This document shows positions 8,720-19,782 of a stretch of DNA of 64,000 nt, piece by piece. Made by a program: the position numbers and the translations under genes. Position 1 is the first letter of the stretch. Every line of letters starts with the position of its first letter. The notes under the pieces are model-generated. The model had not been told where the DNA came from. It saw nothing but the letters and a program-made list of their open reading frames with translations, and searched no databases. This DNA comes from Methanobacteriota archaeon (GTDB taxonomy: Archaea; Halobacteriota; Bog-38; Methanoflorentales; Methanoflorentaceae): assembly GCA_963720465.1 (NCBI GenBank), contig OY970393.1, positions 576,001 through 640,000 on the forward strand, given 5' to 3'.

Positions 8720-9713
8720 CTATTCAAAAGCAAGATCACTCTTGACGTACAGCGCGATTTCTCCCCGAGACGCCGAGTCACGATAGAATTCTCGGATATG
8801 TGCAAGTTCTTTCAGCTCTGGTGCGATGATGACCATCTCGTTTCTTTCGTACGCTCGCTGCTGTTCACGCTTCGTCAGTTCTTCCCTCAGTTTTTCGCCT
8901 GGCTTTATCCCGATCATGTCGGTTTTGATTGCTTCGCTGACATATCCATATTTGGGCGCTAGTTCTTGGATCATAACCTTTGCGACTTCCATTATTCGCA
9001 ATAGTCGCATCTTCACAAAATAAAGACCTTTCCGCACCTCGTGCTAATTCTCCCGCCCTCGTAATACGCTTGAGGGCTTGAGACATGAGGATTCCAGGCC
9101 TCACCATATCTTCGGGGTAATAGTGACCGGGCCACCGTGTGCTATTTGCCGTTTAAAAAGAGAGAGGACAGAACCACGAGAGTCCAGCACGTTTCCAAAT
9201 CGGACACTCGCAAATCTCGTTCCCTGATCTCGGTGGTTGGTGTTCGCGATTGCTAGCAGGCGTTCTGCTAGGAGCTTGCTTGCGCCATAAACCGTAGTTG
9301 GTTTGACTGCTTTGCCCGTGCTAGTAAATATTAGCTTCTCAACATTCCCGCGCAGGCAGGCGTCAATGACATTTTTGGTTCCCACGATGTTTGTTTTGAC
9401 CGTTTCGTAAGGATTATACTCGCATACCGGAAGATTCTTTAGTGCTGCAAGGTGGAAAACGAGATCAACACCCTCAAAAAGGGGTTCAATCCTCTCCTTG
9501 TCCCGTAAGTCGGCAATAAACGTCGAGAGTCGCCTTGATCGAAGATCTTGCTCGAGATCGTACACGGCACCTTCGTTAGTGTCGATCAACACTAACTCGC
9601 GTAGGTTACATAGGAGCAACGCCCGCACGAGTTCTGTTCCTACTGAGCCGGCCTACTGAGCCGGCCGCGCCGGTCACTAGTATGGTCTTCTTTTCATAAA
9701 ATGTGTTGCTCAT
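8720..9713 (-). pseudogene. NDP-sugar dehydratase/epimerase (CapD/PseB-like polysaccharide biosynthesis protein) pseudogene
   Basis: MSNTFYEKKTILVTGAAGSVG from 9713, then FHLAALK, YGASKLLAE, VRFGNVLDSRGSV, GGPVTIT and IGIKPGEKLREEL in different frames. Broken by a 13-bp duplication and further indels near 9020-9120. Confidence 0.85.
9639..9664. repeat. Exact 13-bp tandem duplication CCTACTGAGCCGG x2
   Basis: Read directly; falls in the GxxGxxG coding region and shifts the frame. Confidence 0.95.
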
Positions 9714-10036
9714 GGCTTTCTTAAAATTACGCCGAGACGGTCGTTCTAAGAACGTGGACCTATATGTCTATTTCCTAAACCGTTAGTGGCCAACCAAGGA
9801 AAAAGCAGTATCTAATGTCATGAAGACGGTCAGCATAGCTATTGAAGAGATCTACGGAAGCTCTGAAGTGTCTGCTCGACAAGTGCTGCAATTACCCAAA
9901 CAGTCTGCGAGAAATAAGTGTTATGGCTTCGAAGCCAGTCGCCGAACGTTAAGTAATGCTCTACACTTTTGTTCGTCCGACATTATCGGGAAAAAATTAG
10001 GGGATAACCGCTTCGCCAAACAACCGTTAAAAGATC

Positions 10037-10083
10037 AAAAAAATCGCAAAAAAAAACAAAGAGGAGTGACGGCTGTCACTCCT
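10037..10083 (-). terminator. Hairpin plus oligo-T terminator of the mcr operon
   Basis: 9-bp perfect inverted repeat AGGAGTGAC-ggct-GTCACTCCT (10062-10083), 7 nt after the mcrA stop, followed on the minus strand by T9 and T7 tracts. Confidence 0.75.
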
Positions 10084-10090
10084 TCGCAGC

Positions 10091-11767
10091 TTAGAACTTT
10101 CGGCCGGGCGAGACGATTGTTCTCTCGCCGGCAGGCTGGAACTCTCGTAGAGCGCCGCGCGCAAACTCCTGCCTTACGTGGGCGAAGTCGAACCACAGGT
10201 TGGGGTCGGCAAAGGTCACTTTGACGAGCGGGCTTACCGCAAATGCGTCACGGCGACCGACGTGCGCGGCCTTTGCAATGCCTGCATAGCCGCCCTGGTG
10301 ACCGACGTTCATGGCGTAGTTCGGATAGTTCGCACCACGGAGTTCATCTGGCGCGCCCTCGTCAGACCTGACGGAGAACACGTTCGTGGATCCGCACTGG
10401 TCCTGCAAGTCGTAGCCGTAGAACCCGAGTCTGCCCCATGCGTCCTTGTGGAGAAGCATGGAGAGATACCAACCGCTCAGTCCGGCATTCGAGTTACCCG
10501 TGGCTAGAGCGACAGTCACACCAGACGCGGCTGCGAGCACCGTTGCTCTTTGCGAACCGCCGAAGTGGTCCTCAAGGGTGGTCGGGTACTTCTGGTACTG
10601 CTCGATACCGTAGAGCGTAACCTCAGTCGCGAGGTCGTTTACGACGTCCATCGTCTGCGGAGCCTTTCCGTCCGCCCCGTACTTCTTCGCGTAGTCGTTG
10701 CCGTAGTAGCTGTAGTCGTCGAGGATGTTGTCGGTGTATGCTGCAGTCGCGTATTGCGTGAAACCGACGCCGCCTGACATGTACGATCCGAGCCAAATCT
10801 GGTCGTAGAGCATACAGCCCGCAGCGACAACCTCAAGCGATGACCTGACGGGGTCCTCGGGGTATATCCGGTCTCCTTGGCACATGTCGGCCATGAAGCC
10901 GAACGAGAGACCGCCGGGTTCGTTAGGTCCGCGCGCACGGCGTGCAGGAAGCATGTTGGCCATCTCGACCATGCTTGCGTGCTTGGCTGCAAACGCGAGG
11001 TCTGCTACGGCCGCCTCGCCGGCGCACATGTTGTACGCGGCGATGAACGACATACCGATCTGCATCGCAGACCATCTGCTCGTGTTTCCGCCGTCGCACG
11101 TGCGCGACACGATCGTCGGGATGTGCACGCCTTGCCAGAGCGTCTTGCCGATCGCCTTCTTGAGTTGCTCGGCTTGCGCCTTGGGGAACAGCTTGTTGAT
11201 GTCAATGAGGAACGGCTTGTCGATTTCGGCAGCGAGGTCATCGTCGCCGGTGAAGACTTTTACGAAGCAGTCTTCGACGAGCGCAGGGTGGGTCTCCACC
11301 ATGTGTTCTTGGACAATTGCCGCACCAGGCATCGTGTGGTTCAGCGCCTCAAGATAGCCGTTGATGGTCTCAGGGGTGACTTCCTTACCAAGTCTCTTTG
11401 TGAGCGTCTCGTGAGCAATGTCAAGACCGACGATAACCGTACGCCTGATCTCATCCCACATCTGTTGCATTGCGGGGTTGTTGACGTAGTGGAGGTCATC
11501 GCCTTCGCACATCACGTCGGTCGTAGAGACGTTGTACGGCATGAGTTGCCGCTGGCCGAGAGTCATACCGCCGAGGTGAACGTTGACGTTGTACGCGGGT
11601 ATTCCACGGTCCTTGGCGATCTTTGCGCCCCATTCCTGGAACTCGCGCTTGTCCTTGGACTGAATCCACCCCTCGCGCTTATAGGTCGTCTTGTTCGAAG
11701 TAGGATCCTCCGCGAACTTCTTCTTCATCGCCTCGAGGAACATCTTTTGTGTTTTTTCAGTAGCCAT
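10091..11767 (-). CDS. mcrA: Methyl-coenzyme M reductase alpha subunit
   Basis: [78 protein letters not shown]. Confidence 0.99.
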   Translation of the reverse strand: MATEKTQKMFLEAMKKKFAEDPTSNKTTYKREGWIQSKDKREFQEWGAKIAKDRGIPAYNVNVHLGGMTLGQRQLMPYNVSTTDVMCEGDDLHYVNNPAMQQMWDEIRRTVIVGLDIAHETLTKRLGKEVTPETINGYLEALNHTMPGAAIVQEHMVETHPALVEDCFVKVFTGDDDLAAEIDKPFLIDINKLFPKAQAEQLKKAIGKTLWQGVHIPTIVSRTCDGGNTSRWSAMQIGMSFIAAYNMCAGEAAVADLAFAAKHASMVEMANMLPARRARGPNEPGGLSFGFMADMCQGDRIYPEDPVRSSLEVVAAGCMLYDQIWLGSYMSGGVGFTQYATAAYTDNILDDYSYYGNDYAKKYGADGKAPQTMDVVNDLATEVTLYGIEQYQKYPTTLEDHFGGSQRATVLAAASGVTVALATGNSNAGLSGWYLSMLLHKDAWGRLGFYGYDLQDQCGSTNVFSVRSDEGAPDELRGANYPNYAMNVGHQGGYAGIAKAAHVGRRDAFAVSPLVKVTFADPNLWFDFAHVRQEFARGALREFQPAGERTIVSPGRKF

Positions 11768-11782
11768 ATTGTTGCACCTCTC

Positions 11783-12532
11783 TTATGCCATCGGCTTGAA
11801 TCCCCACATCGTTCTCAGCGTGTGAATCCGCTGAATGTAGGTGACAAGCTCTTTGTCAGCTCGCGCTGCTTCTCCATCGACCCGATAGATCGTCGTTCTG
11901 CTCTTCAGGTCAGCGTCCGACATTGGCTTCCCTACAGGCACTGCCTTGTCAAGAGGCCTGCCCACCTGGTCTTTCACAATGCTGACTGAGCCGTCAGGGT
12001 TCATTAACGATCTCGCTAGCATGTCGAACATCATACCGTTTTGGTCCAGTCTCAGTGAGTGACCGTGCACGGTACAGCCTCTGACGCCACTTCGAGCAGG
12101 GTCAAACGCCTCGCTCTCAAGCAGCATCTTGCTGAACTTGTCGAGATCCCGTTCTCGAGCTTCGATGATCTGTCGACCGGAAAGCGTACCGGGATCGACG
12201 CCTCTGAATCGGGTGGAAGCCATCCACGACCTTACGTACGGAACCATCGGGGCGAAGTACATCGAGTCGGTGAACTGAATGTACCGAATACGATCGCCTG
12301 CTGCCGCTCCTTCCGTGGGCTTCACGAGCTCTCTCATAGGATCCTCGGGCTCTCCTATCTCTGATAGTGGTGGGTGAGTCGCCGCGTACGCTGTCCCAGG
12401 TGTGCGGTGGCCTAGTATTGCTACCACATCATCATCTGAAACGTCACGAACTTTGTCCAGCGATTTCGATGGATCCAGCATCTTCCTTCTGTTTGCCGCT
12501 ACCTTTGAAGTACCGGGAACAAATTGTGGCAT
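11783..12532 (-). CDS. mcrG: Methyl-coenzyme M reductase gamma subunit
   Basis: GDRIRYIQFTDSMYFAP, RGVDPGTLSGRQIIEARERD, VHGHSLRLD. Confidence 0.99.
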   Translation of the reverse strand: MPQFVPGTSKVAANRRKMLDPSKSLDKVRDVSDDDVVAILGHRTPGTAYAATHPPLSEIGEPEDPMRELVKPTEGAAAGDRIRYIQFTDSMYFAPMVPYVRSWMASTRFRGVDPGTLSGRQIIEARERDLDKFSKMLLESEAFDPARSGVRGCTVHGHSLRLDQNGMMFDMLARSLMNPDGSVSIVKDQVGRPLDKAVPVGKPMSDADLKSRTTIYRVDGEAARADKELVTYIQRIHTLRTMWGFKPMA

Positions 12533-12538
12533 CTTTTA

Positions 12539-13168
12539 TCAACTCCTTCGTTCTGCGCGTTTATAGTGATTGATACACTTAATGACCTCGTTGAGCTTAT
12601 CACGCGTGATAGTCTCTCCGCGAGTCACATTGGTTACGATTCCTACGATAGTGCCGTCGGTTTGAACGTCTTCGGGCTGTGGCATCACGATGCGCGTCTT
12701 TACCCCGATGCGGGCGAAATCTTCATAGTCAACCTGCGTTTGACTCACTACAATCGCCGGAATGGCGACAAAGCGCAGAATATTCCGCGCTTTGTAGATT
12801 ATGTGAGTCTTCACGCCCCCGAGGTGAATAACCGCAAGCTTGTGGCGAGCAATTTGTTCCACCTCCTTTGTAGAAAGACCAAACTTTGGCCCGAGGCCAC
12901 GCGCGCTTTCGGGCGCATCGGCCGGGACGCCGCTTCCGGCGTTCAAGACGAGCACGCCGACCTGAAAACCTTCGTTTCGCAGGCCGTGCGTTATCTCGCA
13001 TACGGGCTTCGTTATGTGCCGTCTACCTGGGGACATTGCGATTGCGACGATATCAGGTATCCCTGTCTCGGAAATGGTGCCTCGTTGGGCAAGGCCTCCG
13101 CCTTTGCCCAGGCCCATTGATTCGCGGCAATCGACAATGTGTGTGGCGCGGCTGACGATATGCGTCAC
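12539..13168 (-). CDS. mcrC: MCR operon protein C
   Basis: VDCRESMGLGKGGGLAQRGTISE, MSPGRRHITKPVCEIT. Confidence 0.97.
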   Translation of the reverse strand: MTHIVSRATHIVDCRESMGLGKGGGLAQRGTISETGIPDIVAIAMSPGRRHITKPVCEITHGLRNEGFQVGVLVLNAGSGVPADAPESARGLGPKFGLSTKEVEQIARHKLAVIHLGGVKTHIIYKARNILRFVAIPAIVVSQTQVDYEDFARIGVKTRIVMPQPEDVQTDGTIVGIVTNVTRGETITRDKLNEVIKCINHYKRAERRS

Positions 13169-13650
13169 CTCTCACGGGGATAGATCGCACAGATCCGCGA
13201 TTTCGACTTCGGATCTGTCATGCCAAGTACTCGCGTGTCCCTGATTACGCCCCATTTTGCGTAATCAGTCTGCGTCGGACGCGTTCGTATATACAAGCCT
13301 CGGTTTATCTGAAACCCGCACGGAAGAATCCTTCTGCACGCTTCCTCGACCTGCTCGATCACGTCTTCATCCTCTAGTTCAAGCCAAAACCTACCGACCT
13401 GTACCCCAAGCTCCACGTCCTGTTGTCCCACTTGAATGTGTCTGCGCGCTGCGTGCACGTTCGGTGTTCCCTTAGCTGGCCCTTCTGGAACAGCAGGAGC
13501 AATCCGGGGTCCGTGCATGATCAAGCGCGTGATTCCTTCGATCTTGGCAAACTCTGTGACTAACCGCTCAACCGTCTCCGGGCTGAGTAGCCGTTCGGTG
13601 AATATCTCTATTTGAACAGGAATGCTCGTGTCAGGTACGTCCGTATCCAT
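13165..13650 (-). CDS. mcrD: MCR operon protein D
   Basis: QIEIFTERLLSPET, GPAKG, VQVGR, PTQTDYAKWG, LGMTDP; position between mcrB and mcrC. Confidence 0.95.
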   Translation of the reverse strand: MDTDVPDTSIPVQIEIFTERLLSPETVERLVTEFAKIEGITRLIMHGPRIAPAVPEGPAKGTPNVHAARRHIQVGQQDVELGVQVGRFWLELEDEDVIEQVEEACRRILPCGFQINRGLYIRTRPTQTDYAKWGVIRDTRVLGMTDPKSKSRICAIYPRER

Positions 13651-13683
13651 TGTGTATCGTAAACCTCCGCGCAATTTGCGTAT

Positions 13684-15006
13684 CTACATTCCCTCCGCTG
13701 CTTTGGCAACAGCAGTTATTGGGTCTTTGAATTCTGGTATGCCGCCGTACACTATGCCGATGATCTTTGACGTTCCCTCAACTGAGAACATCTGCGTGCC
13801 TGCATCAATCGACACGGCTGCCGCAACGCACGGAATCGCAAAGCCCTTGGAGTGCCTCGTCACGATGTGGTTCCCATTAAACACACCTGGTCCGCCTCCG
13901 CCGTATATCGAGTGGCTGAAGAACGAGAACCCGACCGCCGTACCCATAACCTTGCCGAAGTCACAACCGGGGAGTCCCGTTTCGTGCTCGAGTAGGTCGT
14001 TGGCGTACAACAGCGTGGACGAAACCGCTTGCGCACCTCGTGCCGCACCGCAGTTCACAATAGTTGCTGCGAGCGTGCCGGCGGCGCAATAGCCGTTCCA
14101 AGCTGCGACGTCGCCAGTCTTCATCGGCTTGAAGCCAGAAGGCCAGGTCGCATCTGCTTTAATGACACCATCTGCTTTTGCTTTTTCAACGGTCGACGCA
14201 ACTACAGAGCCGATAGTACCCTCTTGCCCGTTCTCTTTGACGAGAGAGTAGAGTAGGTTGTTCGCGTTTAGCCCCTGCATCGCAAGCCCGCAGAGTTGGA
14301 ACCGCTCGTTCCAGCCGAGAGCGTCGCCCATCTCCCAGATGCCTGTCTGTTCGAATATCGATGACAGCGCTGACGCGTTCATCGTCCTCTTGCCAGTTGC
14401 GGCTGCAACGTGGTTAACCGCCACATTTCGCAGGGAGTAACCGTACCCTTCATCTTTCTGTGGGGTCTCGAGCATGGATTTCACATTGCCGCCTTCGTTG
14501 TCAAGCGTTTGTGGGTACTGTCCCCAAATGGCTGCCTTAACCATCGGCGCTTGGAACATGTCCACTTTGAACATGTTGATAATCGCCTCGGTTAATGCGC
14601 TGCTGGTTGCGGTGGTTCCCGCGACGTAGGTGGCTCCGGCGTCAAGACGTGCGGTCGGCACTTGAACCTTGAGCTGCTTACCGCCGCCAAGGGCCTCGAC
14701 GTTCGTATCGTCGCCCTCACTTACCATCACGAGGTCCTTAACCTTCTGTGCGAGACCGTCGGCGTTGCCCACTAGGTCCAGGTTGAGCTCACGACCGAGT
14801 ATCTGTCTACCCTTGCCGCCGATTTTACCGGTCATCAGCCCGCCTTGGATGCCCTCGAGATTAACGGCTACCGTTCGCTTAGTAACGTTAATAATCTTCT
14901 TGATAGCCGGGTTCATCGTCGGGCTGAGCGCCTCGATCGGTATGTTCGAACCAACCTTTTGACCTCTGTCGTTGTATAGATCGACTTTGTCTTCAAATTT
15001 TGGCAT
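13684..15006 (-). CDS. mcrB: Methyl-coenzyme M reductase beta subunit
   Basis: [50 protein letters not shown]. Confidence 0.99.
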   Translation of the reverse strand: MPKFEDKVDLYNDRGQKVGSNIPIEALSPTMNPAIKKIINVTKRTVAVNLEGIQGGLMTGKIGGKGRQILGRELNLDLVGNADGLAQKVKDLVMVSEGDDTNVEALGGGKQLKVQVPTARLDAGATYVAGTTATSSALTEAIINMFKVDMFQAPMVKAAIWGQYPQTLDNEGGNVKSMLETPQKDEGYGYSLRNVAVNHVAAATGKRTMNASALSSIFEQTGIWEMGDALGWNERFQLCGLAMQGLNANNLLYSLVKENGQEGTIGSVVASTVEKAKADGVIKADATWPSGFKPMKTGDVAAWNGYCAAGTLAATIVNCGAARGAQAVSSTLLYANDLLEHETGLPGCDFGKVMGTAVGFSFFSHSIYGGGGPGVFNGNHIVTRHSKGFAIPCVAAAVSIDAGTQMFSVEGTSKIIGIVYGGIPEFKDPITAVAKAAEGM

Positions 15007-15160
15007 TTCTATCCCTCCGCGGGGTCAACTGCCACACGAACGACACTGTGCGCTGAAGACTATGACTGAAAATAGCTGAATACAGCTCGATCGAAAAAAG
15101 ATAACGAGTTGTACGTTTCACCTAGCATGGAGCTTACCCCGGGTTTATCTAACCATCAAT

Positions 15161-15333
15161 TTCATAGTTTATTAAGCTTGTGCTGAGAAAACACGGAGAA
15201 TGATTAGAATTATTTTTGCGAAGATTTGTGCAAAATAATCTCGTCAAAATTTTATTTTTATATTTTTATAAAATACTGCTCGAGCGCGTTTTGCGTGAGC
15301 GTACTCGTCAGCAATCACTCAAAAGTTATATAT
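15161..15333. promoter_or_regulatory. Divergent promoter region between mcrB and mfnB
   Basis: Plus-strand AAAAG-TTATATAT at 15321-15333, 27 nt before the mfnB ATG; minus-strand TTAATAAA candidate at 15175-15168; AT-rich tract 15245-15275. Confidence 0.55.
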
Positions 15334-15360
15334 GCAACCAATCTTATCTCGCCTTTGCGT

Positions 15361-16074
15361 ATGAAGGTATTAATTAGTCCGAAAGACGAATTTGAGGCGA
15401 CAGAAGCTGTGAATGGCGGCGCCGATATCATCGATGTTAAGAACCCGATCGAAGGGTCACTTGGGGCTAACTTTCCTTGGGTTATCCAACGGATTCGGAG
15501 CCTCGTGCCGCAGTCGATAGAAGTGAGCGCAACGATCGGTGATTTTCCGCACCTTCCCGGTTCCGCCTCGCTGGCCGCACTGGGCGCGGCTGTCTCTGGT
15601 GCTAACTACGTCAAGGTGGGACTAAAAGGCTCCAAAACCAGAGATGATGCGGTTTTTTTGATGCAGGGTGTAACGAGAACGGTGAAGGAATACGACACGC
15701 AGACCAAGGTCGTTCTCGCGGGATATGCCGACTTTCGACGGGCGTCAACACTCGATCCCTTTCTGCTGCCCGACGTAGCACGCACTTCAGGCTGTGACGT
15801 CGTGATGGTCGATACCTTCGTCAAGGATGGAAGGGGCATTTTTGATTTCATGGACGAAGCCGCCTGCAAACAGTTTGTTGAAGATGGTCACTCGCGAAAT
15901 CTGGACGTTGCCCTTGCAGGATCCATCAAACTGCCAGAGATCCCCATATTGAAGCACGTTGGCGCTGACATCGTTGGAATCCGTGGCGCAGCTTGTTCGC
16001 AAGGCGACCGATTGGCCGGAACGATACAAGCCGAAAGCGTCAGGGCTCTGATGGCGATGGCGAAGCAGGCGTGA
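15361..16074 (+). CDS. mfnB: (5-formylfuran-3-yl)methyl phosphate synthase (methanofuran biosynthesis)
   Basis: MKVLISP, GGADIIDVKNPIEGSLGANFPW, VSATIGD, YVKVGL, ALAGS, GIRGAAC. Confidence 0.95.
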   Translation: MKVLISPKDEFEATEAVNGGADIIDVKNPIEGSLGANFPWVIQRIRSLVPQSIEVSATIGDFPHLPGSASLAALGAAVSGANYVKVGLKGSKTRDDAVFLMQGVTRTVKEYDTQTKVVLAGYADFRRASTLDPFLLPDVARTSGCDVVMVDTFVKDGRGIFDFMDEAACKQFVEDGHSRNLDVALAGSIKLPEIPILKHVGADIVGIRGAACSQGDRLAGTIQAESVRALMAMAKQA

Positions 16075-16152
16075 TTGCCCGCGGATAGCCGCCACCTTCC
16101 TGACTACCCGTACCTGGAAAACTATTACTTTGTGCCCGTCTATGATCATGGT

Positions 16153-16824
16153 ATGAGTCTAGACTACGCTACACTGTCCGACAAGCTCACGAGTGTTTTA
16201 GCACTGAAAGGCTCACCCGTGGCGGTCAAACTCATTCGAACTGAATCCAGCCTTCCAGAAGGACTGAATCACACAAACGAGGTGCTGCGCCATTGCGAAA
16301 TGGTGCAGAAGGCGCGCGGTGGTTCAAAATTCTACGCAACCGTCGAGCAGCACGCCTGTAAAGGCGGCGCAGGAATGCTTGGCTTGATCGAGATACCTGA
16401 AAACATCAAGTCGGGCGAATTCTACCACAAACTTGGGCGCTTCTCTTCAGTCGAGCACGCGGGGGAGACCATGCAAGCGGTTCCCAGTGTGGATTTCAAA
16501 ACCTATGCAACGGCTTACGCGCCTCTCGGCGAAACTCCCTTTGAACCTGACGTCGTAGTGCTCGTCGTGAACCCCCGCCAAGCGATGATGATTGCGCAGG
16601 CGAACGTGTACGAGCTACATTCACGAAATACCGCCGATTTCTCCGGCATTCAATCGCTGTGTGGTGATGCAGTTGCTGCGCCTCTGATGAGAGACAGCAT
16701 CAACTTCACCCTCGGATGTTCTGGTTCGCGAAAATACGCCAAGGTGAGCGAAGAAGAACTGATTGTCGGTATCCCTATGAAGATTCTCCCGAAGCTGGCC
16801 GACGCACTCCAAAAGCTTGCCTGA
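16153..16824 (+). CDS. DUF169 domain protein
   Basis: SPVAVKL, HCEMV..AR.G, HACKGGA, YAPL...FEPDVV, QSLCGDA, LGCSGSRKY. Confidence 0.85.
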   Translation: MSLDYATLSDKLTSVLALKGSPVAVKLIRTESSLPEGLNHTNEVLRHCEMVQKARGGSKFYATVEQHACKGGAGMLGLIEIPENIKSGEFYHKLGRFSSVEHAGETMQAVPSVDFKTYATAYAPLGETPFEPDVVVLVVNPRQAMMIAQANVYELHSRNTADFSGIQSLCGDAVAAPLMRDSINFTLGCSGSRKYAKVSEEELIVGIPMKILPKLADALQKLA

Positions 16825-16914
16825 TTGACGTGAACGCGAGCAAATTGGCCCACGGTTGAGCTGTATCATTAAATATCAGAAGAACAATTCGCACACACTG
16901 AACGGAGAACCACT

Positions 16915-17307
16915 ATGCAAGAGAACTTTGGGGTACTGGTGCTGGGTCACGGCAGCAAGCTGACCTACAACAAACGCACCGTGGAAACTGTGGCTGGCAT
17001 GTTGGCGGAGCGAATGGCAGGTGTTACCATAAAAACCGCGTACCTCAACATGGATCGGCCGACGGTCGAAGAGGGGCTCAAAAGCTTTGCAGAAACTGAC
17101 GTTACAACGCTGTATGTGCTTCCGCTCTTTCTTGCTCACGGGACGCACACGTTAAAGGATATTCCTGAGATCCTCGGACTTCCCGACGGCGAGCACCGAA
17201 CTACATATTCGCTTGGCGCCCGAAACATCGACGTCGTGTACGCAGAGCCTCTAGGCATCGATCCATGCATCGCTGATTTGGCACATAGAAGGCTTACAGA
17301 GGCTTAA
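16915..17307 (+). CDS. cfbA: Sirohydrochlorin nickelochelatase
   Basis: LGHGSK, PLFLAHGTH..KDIP, YAEPLG.DP; CbiXS size, within the F430 cluster. Confidence 0.93.
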   Translation: MQENFGVLVLGHGSKLTYNKRTVETVAGMLAERMAGVTIKTAYLNMDRPTVEEGLKSFAETDVTTLYVLPLFLAHGTHTLKDIPEILGLPDGEHRTTYSLGARNIDVVYAEPLGIDPCIADLAHRRLTEA

Positions 17308-17315
17308 ACTCCCAT

Positions 17316-18626
17316 ATGGATTTCCGCGGCAAAAAAGCGGCTATTCTAGACACCGTTCACGGCGGGCGAGTAATCTGCGAGAAGCTTCGTGAGATTGGGG
17401 CAGACCCGGTCGCAATCAATATCTACGAAGGTGCCCCAGAACCTCAGGCGATCGATTTATTTGACGTGGTGATCGCCCCCATTCACGCTAACACCCAGCT
17501 CACCGCGCGTGCAGAAGCGCTGGGCATTCCCGTGTTAACCCACCATCAGGCTGTCGGCCAACTCGCACAGCAAAACAAAGCCTTGCAATACGCGCTCGTT
17601 TTTGAAGTGACAGGCGTAACGGGAAAAACGACGGTCGCATCCCTTTTGGAGATTGCTTTTTCTGACCGCAAGTTGCTCACGCTCACGAGCCGCGGCCTCG
17701 AAATCAACGAAAACGGGAAGTGCGTGGCTAAAAAGCGACTTAGCATCACCCCCGCGAGTATACTGACGGCGTTGGACCTAGCTAGAGAGTTCGACTTCGA
17801 TCCAGAGGTATGCATCTTCGAGGTGTCCCTTGGCGGAACCGGTCTTGCCGACGTGAATATCCTTACTACGTTGTCTCCTGAGTACAGCATTGCGCAAGAA
17901 ACCAAGACATCGACGTTTGCCAAACTGCAGATGCTATCAAATGCGAAAGTTAATTCCTGCCTCGTCACGTCAACGGCGACGGCGTCCTTGGCAGAGCCGG
18001 GTCGGTGTTTGAACACCTTCGGCGATGATGGAGCAACCGTACGATACGAAAACATAAAAACTGACGAAGTAACAATTGCATACAGCGATTTGGCAAGAAT
18101 TGACGGCGGCCGAGTCTCTGGAGAGGTAGGCTTCACGGCCACGGGATGCTATGACCTTGCGAGTTATGAAGATGCGCTGCTCTGTTTTGTGACCGCAGCG
18201 CTCTGCTCGAAGCTCGATCCCGAGGTGGTTACCCAGAAACTGGCTCACTTCAAAGGAGTAATGGGGAGGATGTCTGCCGTAATAATCGAGAGAAGGATTC
18301 TCATCGACAATTCAAATTCCGGCCTCGAAGCAACGTCGATCAAACGGGCAATACGTTACGGGTTAACGTTGAAAAAGGCCGGTCACAAGGCTGTCCTAAT
18401 CATCGGAGCAGAGGCAAAAAACGTGTGCGACGGGATCGCGCCGGAAGCGCTCGCGCCGCTAGCCGAAGACACCGCCCTCGACGACGTTGTTGTCGTTGGC
18501 GATCAGATGCGTACGTCTCGGCCGAACGTTGTCCGGTCAAACGACTTGGAGGGTGCGCTACGCGCGGCCCTTACGCTGACGAAAGAACGTGACGTCATTA
18601 TTTCGTGTGTGAAAATGTGGAGGTAG
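17316..18626 (+). CDS. cfbE: Coenzyme F430 synthase
   Basis: [44 protein letters not shown]-terminal SCVKMWR. Confidence 0.95.
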   Translation: MDFRGKKAAILDTVHGGRVICEKLREIGADPVAINIYEGAPEPQAIDLFDVVIAPIHANTQLTARAEALGIPVLTHHQAVGQLAQQNKALQYALVFEVTGVTGKTTVASLLEIAFSDRKLLTLTSRGLEINENGKCVAKKRLSITPASILTALDLAREFDFDPEVCIFEVSLGGTGLADVNILTTLSPEYSIAQETKTSTFAKLQMLSNAKVNSCLVTSTATASLAEPGRCLNTFGDDGATVRYENIKTDEVTIAYSDLARIDGGRVSGEVGFTATGCYDLASYEDALLCFVTAALCSKLDPEVVTQKLAHFKGVMGRMSAVIIERRILIDNSNSGLEATSIKRAIRYGLTLKKAGHKAVLIIGAEAKNVCDGIAPEALAPLAEDTALDDVVVVGDQMRTSRPNVVRSNDLEGALRAALTLTKERDVIISCVKMWR

Positions 18627-18627
18627 C

Positions 18628-19782
18628 ATGTCATCCAATGTGCGCGTAACTGACGCAGGCGTGGAGCAGATAATCCATCCTCGACCGAGCTCTATCGTTG
18701 CCGCGCTCTATACGCTAAGAGATCTGGAAACTGACGTAGTGATAATACACGGACCATCAGGCTGCTGCTTCAAACACAGCAGATTGCTTGAGGAGGATGG
18801 AATTCGAGTCGTCACGACGGCGATGGATGAGACGAACTTTGTATTTGGGGGAGACCAAGTTCTCACGAAAGTCATCCGACGTGCCGTAGAGCTGTTCAAT
18901 CCAAGCCTTCTAGGAGTTATCGGCTCCTGCGCAAGCATGATAATTGGTGAGAACATCCATCAAGCCGTGTTGGACGCAAATCCGCCGTGTCCGACAATCG
19001 AGGTAGAAATCCACGCCGGATACCGAGACAACACGTACGGAGCCATTGCGACGCTCGAAGCTGCCGCCGATGCGGGAGTGCTCGATCCCGCGGAATACCT
19101 GCGGCAAAAGGAGCTGCTAATCAAGGCGACAGATCTTGAAAAAATTGCAGGCGTGGCAAGCAGGGAGTACATCCAGCCATCGCGGGGCGACCTCAAATAT
19201 ATAACTGCAAAAAAGCTGTTAGGGCTCTTAAAGCGCAATAAAAAAGGTGTAGTCGTGTTAAACGCCAAAAAAGAGACCGCATATCAATTCGCAGACATAC
19301 TCATCGCGCTCTCAGCTGTTGCCGATGAACTCGGCAACGAATACCTCAAGACTTTTGCGAATCTCGACGCTGGCGTTGGCTTGCCCCGACTCCGAAAGCA
19401 CGCCGAAAACATCCTGAACGATATGAAAGAGAGTGGCGTCTCCATTGATCACATCACAGGCGGATTGGACGAGTACCCGATCACCGGCGTCAATGCCGGA
19501 GCCTTAATCGAAAGCCGCTACAGCGACTATGACTTCGCGGTCCTGCTCGGCGTTCCGCACGCCGTGCCGATGAAGAGCGTCAGCCAGAAGACCATCTTCT
19601 CGGTCACCAACGGACCTCGGCAAGTGCTGCCTCTAAAACAACTAGGTCATACGCACGTCACGGTCGAGATCGACTTGCATCCAAAGACTCTCGGGGTCAG
19701 TCACGTCGTCCCATCAGAACTCGGCGACACTTTGCGGGCGGTGTTCCAGGAGAACTACAGAAAGGCAGGCCAGAACTCGTAG
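18628..19782 (+). CDS. cfbD: Ni-sirohydrochlorin a,c-diamide reductive cyclase, catalytic (NifD-like) subunit
   Basis: [54 protein letters not shown]. Confidence 0.97.
   Translation: MSSNVRVTDAGVEQIIHPRPSSIVAALYTLRDLETDVVIIHGPSGCCFKHSRLLEEDGIRVVTTAMDETNFVFGGDQVLTKVIRRAVELFNPSLLGVIGSCASMIIGENIHQAVLDANPPCPTIEVEIHAGYRDNTYGAIATLEAAADAGVLDPAEYLRQKELLIKATDLEKIAGVASREYIQPSRGDLKYITAKKLLGLLKRNKKGVVVLNAKKETAYQFADILIALSAVADELGNEYLKTFANLDAGVGLPRLRKHAENILNDMKESGVSIDHITGGLDEYPITGVNAGALIESRYSDYDFAVLLGVPHAVPMKSVSQKTIFSVTNGPRQVLPLKQLGHTHVTVEIDLHPKTLGVSHVVPSELGDTLRAVFQENYRKAGQNS

Noticed and set aside
9820-10224. 134-aa plus-strand ORF
   Set aside because: Runs through the mcr terminator and antisense into mcrA; no family features.
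10877-11989. 370-aa ORF antisense to mcrA/mcrG
   Set aside because: Shadow ORF explained by the strong codon bias of highly expressed mcr genes.
10091-15006. Divergent alkyl-CoM reductase
   Set aside because: McrA GVGFTQY and [12 protein letters not shown] and Mcr[12 protein letters not shown] are canonical, with no large insertions.
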